A stretch of DNA of 64,000 nt from the human T2T-CHM13v2.0 reference genome, Homo sapiens (GCA_009914755.4 CP068257.2:41152001-41216000), one strand, 5' to 3'; shown: positions 43,151 to 59,030, numbered from the stretch's first letter. A program made the numbers and translations. The notes: generated by a model from the sequence alone, not told the origin.

Positions 43151-46100
43151 GTATCTAATCCACTTTGCTATACAAAGGCGTGAGATTCCTACTGTCTTTC
43201 CAATCCTTTGAGTGGATTCCTGGGATGCACATTACATTCTCGTTAAATGCTTCTTTGATAATGCAATGGCTTCCTTCCTCTTCTGCTTTGTGGAGAGGTT
43301 TTCTTGGGTTGGGAGGAGGCTTTGTTTCTAATTCTGCTTCCCCAGTACAGTCTTGGCTGGTGGAGCAGCTTTCCCATTTGTCAGCGTTTCAAGTCCTTTT
43401 ATGTTTCTGCGTCAGTTTCCTTAATATGTGGCATTGTGGAAACAAGCAAAGACCACCTGCCTAAGACCAAGCACGCGCCGTGTATTCCGAGCTGGCTCTA
43501 GTGAGGGGGCCACCTCCACCACCTGCCTTTGGCAGAGACTCAGGGAAGGCATGGGGGAAGCTTGGTGATGGACGACAGACCCCGGGGTGCCCGGATGAGG
43601 CCTTTTTCAAAAGGAAGCTGGGCAGGCTCGTGGGAGCGGACATCCTAGGGGTGCATATTTGACTTTCTCTAGTTAGTCCAAAATTGGAAGCAGGGACAAA
43701 AATGAGGGAAGCTGACAGTTATTAATCAAATCCTGGGCAGTTTGGACCAATTGTTAGAGGGGTCATTGTTTGGCTTCCCTGACCAGTTACCTGTGGTAAC
43801 AGGCTTACTACAGAGCTGACTTAGAGAGAGAAGGCTGGCTCCCGGGGCTGGTTACAGGGGATCACAGGTTGGTTTCCTGAGCTGGTTGCACAGATTATAA
43901 TTCGGGGTTCTGTTTTTATATGAGGTCTGACCATTGTTCATTTGTATATTCAGTTTCTCAATATTTGCCATCAAGGTGACCTCATGGTCCTAATGTAGCA
44001 GGACGAGCCGCGGACAAAATCCCTCAGACACTGAGATAGTGAAGGGAGTGGCTTTAATCAGCTGGGAGCATGGGCAGGCTAGCGTCTTAAAATCCGAGCT
44101 CCTTGGGTGCTCAACTTCTGTCCCTTTTAAGGGCTCACAACTCTAAGGGGGTCCGCGTGAGAGGGTCGTGATCGATTGAACAAGCCAGGGGGTATGTGAC
44201 AGGGGCTGCGAGCACCGGTGGTCAGAGTGAAACAGAACAGAACGGGAGGTTTCACAATGTCCTTCCATACAATGTCTGGAATCTATAGATAACATCAGTT
44301 GCTAGGTCAGGGGTTGAATTTTAACTACCAGGCTTAGGTCAGGCAGGCCCAGGCCTGGTTTCAGGTCTGGTTCCTAGGCACCGGGCTACCTGCCTTTAGT
44401 TTTGCTTCTCTTTCTTTTTCTGAGTATAAAACAATATAAAACAATATGAGAGGGTCTCTCTCGTCCCTCACTAATGTGGTAGGAGTTATTAAGAAATTAT
44501 TTTAGGCAGATAGGAAAAGTTTTCATTTCTTTTAAAGCAGCTCCAAAAACATTTCTTGTCTAGAAGGATAGCAGGGTGGCAACCTTTGATATGCAAATGG
44601 AGGATATTAGAAACTGGGTCCACCTAACATGGCAGTTCTCACGGTGTCCTCTTGCCCTTGCCCCCACATGTGCCTGGCAACATGACCGCCCCCACAGATC
44701 CCCACGTGTGTAGAACATCATGGCGCTCTGCATTTGCATATTAAAAGGCTAGGGTGGGAGGGTCAGCTTTTTCACAGGCCATGTGAATGACATGCCTGGT
44801 CAAACCAATGACCTGAGCCCTGTGCAAATCAGACGCCACCTCCTACGGTCTCTACATAAAACTGGCTGGTATCCGTGGCACTTGGGGTTTCCTCTTTAGG
44901 CTTTGGAGTCCCCCTCCCTCTGTCTCCGTATGAGGGAGCCTCTTCCTTCTGCCTTTTCTTTCTTGCCTATTAAACTCCCCGCTCTTTATAGCCATTCTAC
45001 ATGTGCCCCATGTCGTTTTATCTAAATTGCACAAGACAAGAACCTGGTGTTCCTCCACCCATCGGAGCCGTATCACTAATAGGCCACTGGAGATCCAGCC
45101 ATTGTGACCACATTCCAGGCAGGAAGAAGAAAGCAGAAGGCAAAGAGCACGCCTCCCAAGTGAATCCCTATACAGGTTCCACCCAAATACATTTGCTTCC
45201 ATCTCTCTAGCCCTCTCTGCCTTCAAGGATGCGGGGAAATTTGTTTACTGGCACAAATCATGCCCCCAAAACAAGAGGACTTCTGTTGAAGGACAAAGGG
45301 ACGCTGGATATTGCACAGGGAACCAACAATCTTGTTCACACCTTCAGCCTGAAAAACTAGAAAAATAGACCCAGGAGGAAAACACATTTATGAAGAATGC
45401 ATCACTGAATATCATCTTGAATGTATTCTTCAATACGAAATAATTCTTTTAAGACAATTACTTTAATAAAGGATTGGTTGACAGTCACGATTATGTGCTC
45501 AAAATATACTCTTCTGATGCCTTCTCAAATCCCCCTGTCTTTACTCCCCACACACCCCATCTCCAGGGCACTAAGGCAGAGACAGAATGAAGGGTCAGTG
45601 TGCTGATAGAAACACAAGTTGACGACCACCCAAGGAAAACGAATTAGTTCAAAGAAGCAATACATTGGGAAGTTGGTCATTTGGCAAATTGGCTCTTCCA
45701 AGAATTGGCTTTTTGCAATTGCACTACAGCAAGTGAGTGAGAAAAGCAAAAGCCCCATGGGATGGGGAGGAAGATCTTCCCTAAAGACTGCAGGGGGCCT
45801 TCCTGGGGGGCCAGAGATCCTCTTCCAAGTTCGGTGAGGTCCCCGGGACTGGAGCCTTGAGTCTACCGCAGAGTAATGACTCCCTTTAAACTCTATCATC
45901 TGTAGCCGCTGGAAATGATTAAATGAAGCAAAAGCTGAAAATCACTGAGTTCAGGAGAGACTGTGTCCTAAAGACACGCAAGGGAACAAGTCCTTTGCAT
46001 GTTTGAGACTGGAGTGTGCTCCAGCAGCTTGGGAAGCAGGGGCGCCTCGCTGGGGAACCACATTACAGGAGGGAAGGGGAAGAATAAGGGCCTTAAAAAG

Positions 46101-46189
46101 CCTTTCACAGCTCTCCAGGGTGGGCAGCTTTTAATCCAATGCATCAAAAGTTCTCAGGATATGAGAGCAACCATTATGTGAAGGACCCA

Positions 46190-46450
46190 AATGCTGCAAG
46201 CACACACACACATGCACATGCACGCATAGGCACACACATGCACACCTACAGGCACACACAGGCACGCACACACACGTACATACTCATCACAGGTACATGC
46301 ATGCCCAGGCACATACACACATGCACAGGCACTCACACACATGTACATACACACATGCACAGGTACACATGCACAGGCACATACATGCACACACACAGGC
46401 ACGCACGCACACTCACATGCACACACGCACAAGCACACATACACATGCAC
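46190..46450. repeat. Imperfect CA-rich repeat (cacacacatgcacatgcacgcataggcacacac...), ~260 bp
   Basis: Same motif family as 5575-6295. It produces the artefactual ORFs 46139..46501, 46154..46486 and 46297..46539. Confidence 0.95.
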
Positions 46451-47283
46451 ACATTCCACTGTCTTTCCTTCCCTGGGGTTCTCCATTTCCCCTGCTGCTA
46501 GCAGTGGATCAGGAGATGCTTTCTTTCCGTTTGCACTGAGATTTGCTCCTCACTTCTCTTGCTCTGGAGCTGCGACGTCCTGGGGAAGCAGCTGTGCGCA
46601 GTAGTTGCCCTCCCCTGAGCGAGCTGTCAGTCCCCCTTGCAGAGGACACACATAGTGACAGTGTCCTCCTGCCTCTCCCCACAGGAAAAACAAAATTGTC
46701 ATTCCTCCACCAGAGATTCACTTTTCTCCATTAGGGAACTGTCCATTATTAAAATGCAAGGCGGTGACCGCCAGTTGATAAAAGGATGGAGAGTGCCTCC
46801 GAACCCTCCTGGGAGACTGGGAAATGGGAAACCCCAGGGAGGGAAAGGGAGGTGGTGCCGGTCCTGCTTTGATTCAATCGGAGCAAGAATACTTCAAAGG
46901 AAGAATAGAAAAATATTGGGTTGGAAGCTTTCTAAAAAACAAAAAGCAAGCATGGATGAATAGATGAGTCATTGACAATTTAATGGGAATTAGCTCCTCT
47001 AATCATTTCTAATTGCAACTGACAAGAAAGGGTTTTGATGCAGAAGAAAGCAGATATTTTGCAAGGGTGGAACCCTGGGTGATTCTGTTTGGGAACTGCT
47101 GACTGGAGCGGGAAGGGACCGCCAGGGGTGAGGAGGAAACACTTGGGTGGAGGCTGCAAAGGAGGCTCCCAGGCCCTAGCTTCGGGCTTTCCCGCACAGG
47201 GGCCTGCCGCCCTGGTGATCTCCCTTGGGCCAGCAGGGACTCTAGACTCTGCCTCTACAGCCAGATAGCTGGGTTTACATTCA

Positions 47284-47601
<318 letters not shown>

Positions 47602-47824
47602 ATGCATTATTTGCTTAACCTCCTGGGCCTCAGCTGCCTTCATTAAAAGGGGTAAGAGTCACATCACCACCTTGTTGTGAAGATTAAATGAAATCATGAA
47701 TGTGCACCCATGCAGGGGTAGGGCATAGCGCCCTATGCAGACATAGGGCATCCACGGAAAAGTCAGCTTTTACTGTCCTCACACAGTGGGAGGGAAATGT
47801 TTGGTTTTTGAGGGTTTTTTTTAA

Positions 47825-48116
47825 TTTTTTTTTTTTTTTTTGAGACAGTCTCTGTCACCTAGGCTGGAGTGCAGTGGTGCTATCTTGGCTTGCTGCAGCC
47901 TCCACCTCCAGGGCTCAGGTGATTCTCCCCTCAGCATCCTGAGTAGCTGGGATGACAGGTGCATGCCACCAAGCCCGGCTAATTTTTGTATTTTTTGTAG
48001 AGATGGGGTCTCACTGTGTTGCCCAGGCTGGTCTTGAACTCCTGGGCTCAAGCGATCCACCCTCCTCAGCTTTCCAAAGTGCTGGGACTACAGGTGTGAG
48101 CCACCGCACCTGGCCA
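47825..48116 (-). mobile_element. Alu SINE, full length, antisense
   Basis: T17 run, then gagacagtctctgtcacctaggctggagtgcagtggtgctatcttggc...ggtgtgagccaccgcacctggcc. Confidence 0.9.
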
Positions 48117-48834
48117 TTGTTTTATTCTAGATCAGATGATGCCCACCTCCAGGACTGCCTCTGTACTGACCACACTCCCTCTTGGTATGGTCATCCATGG
48201 GTCAGGTGTTTGGTCTTGCACAAAAATGTGTCTATGTGTGGTAAAATATATACTGTATAACATAAATTTTATGATTTTAACTATTTTTAGTTTTAGGGAC
48301 AAACTACCCCAAAAAGCCTCTTGGTACTGCCAACATTCCCCCCAGACCCCTCCGTGCTGCCCACCCCTCCCTGAAAGCTTTTTACATTTTTAAGCCCTTA
48401 TCTAGGCACCGTGGTGAAGCCAGCAGACTTTACCTATCAGGCCTTGCTACGATAAACAAACCCCAATTACAAACCATCCGTACCCCACAGTGGGAGGTCC
48501 TGGGAAGCATAAACAAACTTTACCTACACCCTCCTGTAAGTTCCTTCATCTAGCTGCTACCATAAACGTCATAAGGTGATATATGGCAAAGTTAACCAAC
48601 AAACGACCCCAGGGTCTCTAACCCCCATATAAACCCCTCATTTTGCAAGCTCAGGGCTGCCTCCTCTGTCTGTAATGGAGCAGCCGGCAGGTTAATCAAG
48701 GCTTGACTGAACTTGGGTCTCTCTGGCTTGTCCTTTCTCTCAGCTGACCCTACATTCAGGTGTATAGTTGTCAATAGAGAAAAATGACGAGACAAATCTC
48801 ATTTTAGGAGATTTATTTGCCAAAGTTAAGGGCA

Positions 48835-49740
48835 CACGCCTGTGACACAGCCTCAGGAAGTCCTGATGACATGTGCCCAAGGTGGTCAGGGCACAGCTTG
48901 GTTTTATACATTTTAGGGAGACGTAAGACATTAATCAATATGTGTAAGAAGTACACTGGTTCCATCCAGAAAGGCAAAGGCTTCTGTAAAAAGTAAAAGT
49001 AGAGGTTCCTCTTCAAAGACTTTCCTCCCCATGTAACTAGGAATAAATAGTAACTTCTCTTAGAAGCAAAATTTATTCAAAGACCTATGCTCCTAAATAT
49101 TTGCCCTGGCATGCTTATACTGGTCCAAGCAAGCATTAGGTCATAGCCTGTTCCTCTTCCTTATTTAAAAGTTTTTTTTACCTTTCTCAGCATTCCACAA
49201 GTTACTTCCTCCTTCCTTTGTTCTCCTCTGCCTTTGCCTCTTTAAAAAAGTTCTAAGGTGCTAGCCAGTCGGGACAAATACAGAATGTGAGGTCCTGTTC
49301 CAGCCAATGGAAACCAGACACAACAGTAGGGTGGATGCGTCAGGTTATAAATGACCCTGTCTCCTTTGTTCGGTGTACTCTCATGGCAAAACTGCTGGTG
49401 AGTGTACCTTTTCTACAGGAAGTAAAAATGGCCTTACTAAATAAATTAAATTATGTCCAAGTGCTATTTCTTTATGGCACCGGGAGCAAGCATTTAAAAG
49501 ACTTCCATGTCACAGGTAGGTGAGAGACAAATGGTTGCATTATTTTGAGTTTCTGATAAGCCTTTCCAAAGGAGACAATCAGATATGCATCTATCTCAGT
49601 GAGCAGAGGGGTGACTTTGAATACAATGAAAGGTAGGTTTGCACTGAGCAGTTTCCAGCTTGAATTTTCCTTCTAGTTTTTAGGGATTTTAGGGGCCCAA
49701 GATATTTTCCTTTCACATTTCCCCCCTTTTCGTCTTTAAA
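48835..49740 (+). repeat. Third copy of the unassigned LTR-like repeat family, in two blocks (48835-48990 and 49525-49740) around ~530 bp of non-matching sequence
   Basis: 48835: gcacacgcctgtgacacagcctcaggaagtcctgatgacatgtgcccaaggtggtcagggcacagcttggttttatacattttagggagacgtaagacattaatcaatatgtgtaagaagtacactggttc. 49525: ttattttgagtttctgataagcctttccaaaggagacaatcagatatgcatctatctcagtgagcagaggggtgactttgaatacaatgaaaggtagg...ttttcctttcacattt. Confidence 0.55.
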
Positions 49741-50928
49741 ATCTTTTGGAGAAAGCAGTTTAGAAGAAAATGGATCTCTGATCTTAGGTTTTATGTGATT
49801 TCTTATGGCTAGGACAGTTTATTCCTAGATGGGCAGGTCCCAAAAGCTCCTTTTCAGCATGTTATGAAGTCTCATGTCCTGTGAAGAGAAAATAGGGGGA
49901 GGAAGGGAGAAAAACAACAACAAACAAAAGAACAATCCTGAAAAATTCATATAGGCCACATTACTCTGAAGTCTATACATCAGTAGGCAGGTATGAAAGT
50001 GGCTTATGTATGTAAATATGTTGCTGTTACTTTCTTCTGAAGTTTAAGTTATCTGGTTTCAGTTCACAGGGCTTTAAGAAAAAACAGCTTAGTTTTCAGT
50101 GATTCCAAATTAGAAAAAAAATTGAAAAAAAGAAGGAAAACAATTTAAAAACATTATTTTCTGTAATGAGTATACCAAATTGTTAAAAGTATACTAAATT
50201 GTTAAAAGCTGTCAATAGTTTAAAAGAAAAGTCTTAAGACTCTGAAAAACAAAACAAAGGATCAGCAAACATTTTAAGCAAAAAGTCAAAAAGATTAGTT
50301 CAGTCCATACAGGTAATTCCTGTTCTGCTTGATACTCATGAACATTTTAGCTCTCTATGAGTCCTGAAAGCTTTTCCTCTATTCTGATGTCACAATCTCC
50401 AAAGTTATCAGAAACCTGCATTGAAGAGCACCTGTTAGAGTTTTATAGCTGATTATAAAACCATCATTTTAATAGGACCAAAATAAGACAATTGTTCATG
50501 AATGACAAAAAATTTTAGGACAGCCATAGTCAAAGACACAATTGACAAGGAAACTTGTTACCTCTATGGCACACAATAATTTTAACATAACAATTATGAT
50601 TATTTCTGATAATGTACACTAAGTTATATCAGAATTATAGGAGTTTCCCAAAATTTTGGAATACATACCAATAACGTATTTATACAAATACAGCCCAAAG
50701 AAAACCCAACACCATTTCATATTTGACAATGCTTCCTGTATACTTTTTGTACTAAATAAACCAAATTATGTCATTGTTTGGACTTTAGGGAACCTAATAT
50801 CTTAAAGGATTAATTAGGTCAGAAAAAGACATAATTTATCATTTGATTTTGGAAAGTTTGTCAAATATGAAAGGTTTAAGACACTTGATATCACAAAGTA
50901 GGATCCCAGGTCATTGTAAGTCATTCAT

Positions 50929-51222
50929 GCTGGGCATGGTAGCTCATGCCTGTAATCCCAGCACTTTGGGAGGCTGAAGTGGGCAGATCACCCAAGGTCA
51001 GGAGTTCAAGACCAGCCTGGCCAACACGGCGAAACCCCATCTCTACCAAAAATACAGAAAGTAGCTTGGTGTGGTGGTGGACACCTGTAGTCCCAGCTAC
51101 TCGGAGGTTGAGGCAGGAGAATTGCTTGAACCCATAAGTTGGAGGTTGCGGTAAGCTGAGATTGCACCACTGCACTCCAGCCTGGGCAACAGAGCAAGAC
51201 TCCATTTCAATAAAAATAAAAT
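50929..51222 (+). mobile_element. Alu SINE, full length
   Basis: gctgggcatggtagctcatgcctgtaatcccagcactttgggaggctgaagtggg.... Target-site duplication (A)TAAGTCATTCA at 50917-50928 and 51221-51232. Confidence 0.9.
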
Positions 51223-52291
51223 AAGTCATTCACTTAACCAAAGTGATAACAAGGATTTCAGGAAAAAGGTGAAAACCTTTATTCTTTGAGAGAGGAGACT
51301 TAATTTTCCAAACAATAATCCCTAATAAAAACAGCATGAATCTAATTAAATTTGTTGTTCAAAATTTTATAAACAATCTATAAAATTTTAATCTTGATCA
51401 TAAGATATAGCTTCGTATGCCTTTTATACCCTTTATAACCTTTATTAAAGAGCCAGTTAATGCTTCAAGAAAACCTTGTTAATCTGACACAGGGGCCCAA
51501 ATGCTTGTCTTGCATCAGTGTACCTTTGATATTAATGATTAATTTATAGATAAATTGAACTTATTTTATCTTTCAAAATTCGCTCTTACAATCTCATGCA
51601 CCCACCTCTTCCACAATAGTCTCTGGGCCTTGAGGAGTTGAACAGCTTTAATTTTTTACTCTGTGTCTCAGGAATGAGTTTATTTTGACTGGCATCTTCT
51701 ATGGGCCTGTAGATGAGGCTTCAATTGCTGTCAATGTTTAAGACTTAGCAGGACTAGGTGTCCTTTTTAGACCCAGGAGTCAAAGCCCTGTAATTCAGTG
51801 TCACAAGCACTTTAAAAGCACATACAGGAAGATACGTGGATGTAATAAACTTAATTTAAAAAATTTTTATCCCAGTTTTTTTTCCTAAGCAAACCAAAAC
51901 TTAATAATGACAACTTGATCATATTAAAGTTTCAGGTTTTTTTTAATACATATATCCTCTTATTGAGACTTAACACTGACTGTTCATGACATGCTTGGAC
52001 TTTGTTTTGTCCTGAATATTCCTCCTTCTTAAACAACCAGTCATTTTATTTTAGGACTAAATTTACCATAAAAAAATTATTTCTCTTTAAGCTTTCTTAT
52101 GACAAAAAAAAACTATTTTTATAACTTTATCTCTGTTTTTATTTCCTGATTCCTTTTACCCTGTTGTATACATAACATTTAAATAAATTTTGAATTAGAC
52201 AAAACTTGTTTACCTTTTCTAAAAAGGACACAGTTTTTTTTAGCAAAAATGTTTTCCTACAATATATATTTATTGGAAAATACCCAAATAA

Positions 52292-52778
<487 letters not shown>

Positions 52779-53164
52779 TCAGTTATTTCTTTATAGCAAT
52801 GCAAGAAAGGACAAATATAGGATGGACTTGAGAACAGTAGACCTTATTACCTCATGTGGTTGCTATGAGGACAAAATGGGTTAATATTTTTAAAACACTA
52901 AAGGCAAGTCCTGGCACACAAGTTTCTATACCTGCTTACTAAGTAACCATTTTCCTGCTCTGCCATCCTTTGTGAAGTACCTTATGGGCCAAAATGGTGC
53001 TGAAGCACCAGCCATTATGACTGCATGACAGGAAGGAGGATAAGGCACAATATTTCCCCTCATACTTGGAAAAACAATTTTCTAAAATTAGGATTCCATC
53101 ACCAAGGAGAAACATTCATTTTACTACACACTGCTGTGAATTTATCTCACTAAATAATGCTATT

Positions 53165-53803
<639 letters not shown>

Positions 53804-56118
53804 CCAATCACTTCTTAAACTTAATCTCTACATTGGGGATCAATTTCTAAATGGGTTTGGGAAAGGACAAGCATTCAAACATAGCAGGTTCTTTTCCTCA
53901 ACAATAAATTCCCATCTTCATTTTATTGGGATCTCACTGTCTGAGCTCTTTATTCTCTTTTCCCCAGGAAGATTGTGCTTGAGAAACAATCATCAAGTCT
54001 GTTGGTCCACATCTCCCGCGCACTCCCTGGATACCCCCAACAGGCCAATCCATCAAGCCACAGCTCAGTTTCCAGGGCTTTAAGAGAAGCAGAAGAAACG
54101 CTTCCACAGTCCTCATTGTGTGCAGGGAATGAGCATGAGTTATGGGGGCTCCTCAATGCTGAGCCTAGCCACCCCACTGCTGCATCCCCACAGCCCTTCC
54201 AGAGGGTCTCTATCCCTCCTTATCTAAGAGCAAATCCGGGCTCCATGTCACTGAGTGCTTACTCATCCCCAGGAAGAGGCAGTTGTTGCACTACGGGGTT
54301 TTTTTCTGTAATAAATGTCCTTTATTTTATCAGAGCATGGCACTGAAAGAAAAGAAATCAAATGTATAACTTGCAAACCAGTGGAGTGAGGAAAAGAGGA
54401 GGAGGTGCGTAAAACACAACCAACCCAAAAGAAGGGGGTTGATGCCAGTTAAAAAGTGGATGCAGTAAAAAGAAAATACGAAATAAGTTGGGAAAACTGA
54501 GTCAAAATATACTAGAATTCTATTTCATATAAATAATGTAGTCAGTTAAAAGACAGACTTCTTAAAGTAAAAGAAAAAAATCCAGCCATCTGCTGTTTAC
54601 AAGAGACATACCTAAAATATAATGAAAAAAGGAGGACTAAGAAAAGAGTTGGGGAAAATATACCAAGAAAATACGAAATCAAAAGAAAGCTGTTGTCACA
54701 ATTTTGATATCACACAAAAGTGACTTTGAGACAAATAGCTTTATTAGGGATAAAGAGGGTCCTGGCTTAGTAGTAAAAGGAAGAATTTTTGAGGAAAGGC
54801 AAACTTTGAACCTATGAGCCACCAAGTAAATGTTTTCAAATATGTAAAACCTAAATTCAAAAAGTTAATATATTTTCAACTTCTTCCATTCCTCTTCCTT
54901 CTCCTTCCTCACTCTCTCCTTCTCTCCCTTCCTTAATAATTTAGTTTAAAATCTATTAGACTGAGCAAGGTGATGGTGGGCCCCCTGGTGGCATGAAGCG
55001 CAGCAGCAGGAGGAGGGGCAGCATCACAGGCCTGGAGTAGGTGTCAGAGTCCAGGTGGTGGAGGGGCCAGGATGGCAGACCAGCGTAGGATGGTAGGGTG
55101 GCAGGGCCCAGCTGGGCACTATGGACCAAGTTGTATCCCTCAACATTCAAATATTGAATCCCTATGTGACTACATTTGGAGATGGGGCTTTTAGGAGGTA
55201 AATAAGGAAGGTTCCATGAGGTCATAAGGGTGGGACCCTCATCTGATAGGACTGGTACCCCTCTAGGAGAGAAGAAGAAAGTCTATGTGAGAACACAGCA
55301 TGAAGGTAGCTGTCCACAAGCCAGGAAAGGAGCCCTTACTGGGAACCCGACCAGGCCAGCACCTTGATCTCAGACTTCTTGCCTCCAGAAGCCCCAATGC
55401 AATGAGGAGGTATCCACGGGACCTGGCCCCAGAATTGTCCTGGTGCAGAGTTCCAGATCCCAAAAGGGATGAGGAGAGTTTACTTATGGGGACAGCAGTG
55501 GCCCACAGAGTGCCAGGACCCGAGAAGAGTGGTCAGGACATCCATGTTAGGAGGTGGGTCATCCACTGGAAATTGGTCAGACACTGGGGATTGATACAAT
55601 AGTAAATACACTGATGATAATGGGAACCAGGTTTCTCACTGTTGGAAAAGGGAGTCACAAATCTGGAAAGGGAGAAAATGAGAATGCGCTCCATGGGGTT
55701 GGGTCGGAGGAACTGGTGTGCACTCATGGTCTTCAATATAAGTACAGAAATAGATCCGCATAGAAATGTGTGTATTAATATGCTTGTTTCCTTGCTCTGT
55801 CCACTGAGAAGGCCTTAGACCTCAACAGTAATGAATACACCTAGAGCTCAGATCTTGGTTTCTAAATACCATTCTCCAATATATAAAATCAGGGCTCCCT
55901 GGAGAAATGGCTGATTGTAGAGCTTGGGCAGGAAAGGTACAAAATAAGCCTGAAATCTTTTTTTATAGAAACAAGGCAGTGCTCAAAGAATGATGGGACA
56001 TGTCAAAAAACAACACAGGGGAAAAGAGGTGGAGCAAGATGGCCAAATGGAATCCTCCACCAATTGTCCTCCCAAATTTAACAATGATCTACACAAAAAA
56101 GCACCTGCATAAGAACTA

Positions 56119-56454
<336 letters not shown>

Positions 56455-58204
56455 TCACAGTTTTAACTTCGTATTACTGAAAGAGGCACCACAGAGGGTA
56501 GGAAAGGCACTCTTTAATTGCTGACACCATCCCTCTGCTGCCCGCTGGCAGCTGTCGCATGGCACAGAGCAATCATCTGTGTGCTTGTGGGAGGGAAGGT
56601 GCAGTGATTGTGGGACTTTGCATTGAACTCAGTGCTGCTGCTTTGTCACAACAGAAAGCAAAACTGGGCTGAACTCAGCCAGCGCCCACCCATGGAGGGA
56701 GCACTTAGACTAGCCCTAGCCAGAGAGAAATTGCCCATCCCAGTGACTGGAACTTCAGTTTGGGCAAGCTTTGCCACCACAGGCTAAAGTTCTCTGGGGG
56801 CCTAAATAAACTTTAAAGGCAGTCTAGGCCACAAGGACTGCAACCCCTTGGCAAGACCTAGTGCTGTGCTAAGCTCAGATCCAGTGGACTTGGGGGACAT
56901 GTGACCTAGTTAGACACCAGCTTGGGTGGCTAAGGGAGTGCTTGCACCATCCCTCCTCCAACCCCAGGCAGCACAGCTCACGGCAATGAAAGCAACTCCT
57001 TCCTTCTGCTTGAGGAGACAAGAGGGAAAAATAAAGAGGACTTTGTCTTGCGTCTTGCATACCAGCTCGGCCACAGTAGGACAGGGCACTGGGCAGAGTT
57101 GTGAGGCCCCTATTCCAAGCCCTAGATCCTGGATGATACTTCCAGACACACCTGGGCCAGACAGAAACCTACTGCCTTGAAGGGAAGGACTCAGTCTTGG
57201 CAGGATTCATCACCTACTGACAAAAGGGCCCTTGGACCCTGAATAACTAGTAACGATACCAGGTAGTACACCACGGGCCTTGAGTGAGACTGAGATGTGC
57301 TGGTTTCAGTTTCTATCTCGGCCACAATGGGGTAGAGCACCAAGTGGGCTCTTGGGGTCCCTGACACAAGGCCTTGTCTTTTGGGTTCCCTGAGCAAGGC
57401 AATTCTGGACCTGCCTTGGGCAAGGGGGTGCCCATTGCCCTGAAGGGAGGGTCCCAGGCCTGGCAGCATTTACCACAAGCTGACTGAAGAGCCCCTGGGC
57501 TCTAAGTGAACACTGATGGTAATCAGGTAATACTCTCCATGGGCTTGTAACGGTAGTAGCCATGGGAGAGGCTCCTCTGCTTACGGAAGTGGGAGGAAAG
57601 AGTGGGAAGAAATTTGTCTTGTGGTTTGAGTGCCCACTTAACTGTAATAGAATAGAACACCAGCTAGATTTCTAAGGTTTTTTGAGTCCAGTTTCTGGCT
57701 TCCAGATGGCATCCCTGGACCCACTTGGGGCCTGGGGGAACTCACTGCCCTGAAAGGAAGAATATAAGCCTGGCCGGCTTCACCACCTGCTGATTGTAGA
57801 GCCCTATGGCCTTGAGTAAACATAGGCAGTAGCAAGGTAGTAATTACGGCAGGCCTTGGGTGAGATTCAGTGTTGTGCTGGTTACAGGTCTGACCCAGCA
57901 CAGTCCCAGTGGTGGTAGCCACGAGGGTGCTTGTGTCACCCTACCCTCAGCTCCAGGCAGCTCAGCACAGACAGACAGACTCCATTTGTTTGGGAGAAAG
58001 TAAAGGAAGAGAACAAAATCTCTGCCTGGTAAGCCAGAGAATTCTTCTGGATCTTATCCAAGACCACGAAGGCAATACCTCTATGAGTCTGCAACAACCA
58101 CACTGTTACAGGGCTTCAGGTGCCCCCCACCCCGCCCAGTGCAGATACAGCTTAGATCAAAACACCTAAGTCCCTTCAAATACCTAGAAAGCCTCCCCAA
58201 GAAG

Positions 58205-59030
58205 GATGGGTACAAATAAACCCAGACTGTAAAGACTAAAATAAATACCTAACTCTTCAATGCCCAGACATCAATGAACATCCACAAGCATCACAACCAT
58301 TCAGGACAACATGACCTCATCAAATGAACTAAATAAGGCAGCAGGGACCAATCCTGGAGAAACAGAGATACGAGATCTTTCAGACAGAGAATTCAAAAGA
58401 GCTATTTTGAGGAAATTCACAGAAATTCAAGATAACACAGAGACAGAATTCAGAATTCTATCAGATAAATTTAACAAATAGATTGAAATAATTCAAGAGA
58501 GTCAAGCAGAAATTCTGAAATTGATACATGCAATTGACATAATGAAGAACATATTAGAGTCTCTTAATAGCAGAATTGATCAAACAGAAGAAAACATCAG
58601 TGAGCTTGAAGATAGGCTATTTGAAAACACACAGTCAGGGGAGATGAAAAAAGAATAAAAATAATGAAACATGCTGACAAGACCTAAAAAATAGCCTCTA
58701 AGGGGCAAATCTAAGAGTTATTGCCTTAAAGAGGAGGTAGAAAAAGAGATAGGGGTAGAAGCTTATTCAAAGAGATAATAATGAGAACTTTCTAAACCTA
58801 GACAAAGACATTAATATTCAAGTACAAGAAAGTTACAGAACACCAAGCAGATTTAACCCAAAGACGAGCACCTCAAGGCATTTAATAATCAAACTCCCAT
58901 AGGACAAAGAAAGGATCCTAGAAGTAGCAAGAGAAAAGAAACAAATAACTTACAATAGAGCTACAATATGACTGGCAGCAGACTTCTCAGTGGAAATCTT
59001 ACAGGCCAGGAGAGAGTGGCATGATGTATT
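58205..59030 (+). pseudogene. L1 ORF1 remnant (coiled-coil/RRM region), multiple stops. A second partial ORF1 copy follows at ~59255-59470.
   Basis: Translation includes ...FKRAILRKFTEIQDNTETEFRILSDKFNK*IEIIQESQAEILKLIHAIDIMKNILESLNSRIDQTEENISELEDRLFENTQSGEMKKE... and later ...ITYNRATI*LAADFSVEILQARREWHDVFKGLKKK. The segment 59258-59470 repeats 58690-58900 (atagcctcYaaggggYRaatctaagag...gaggtagaMaaagaRaYaggggtagaag.ttattcaaaRagataa...), showing an internal duplication. Confidence 0.7.
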
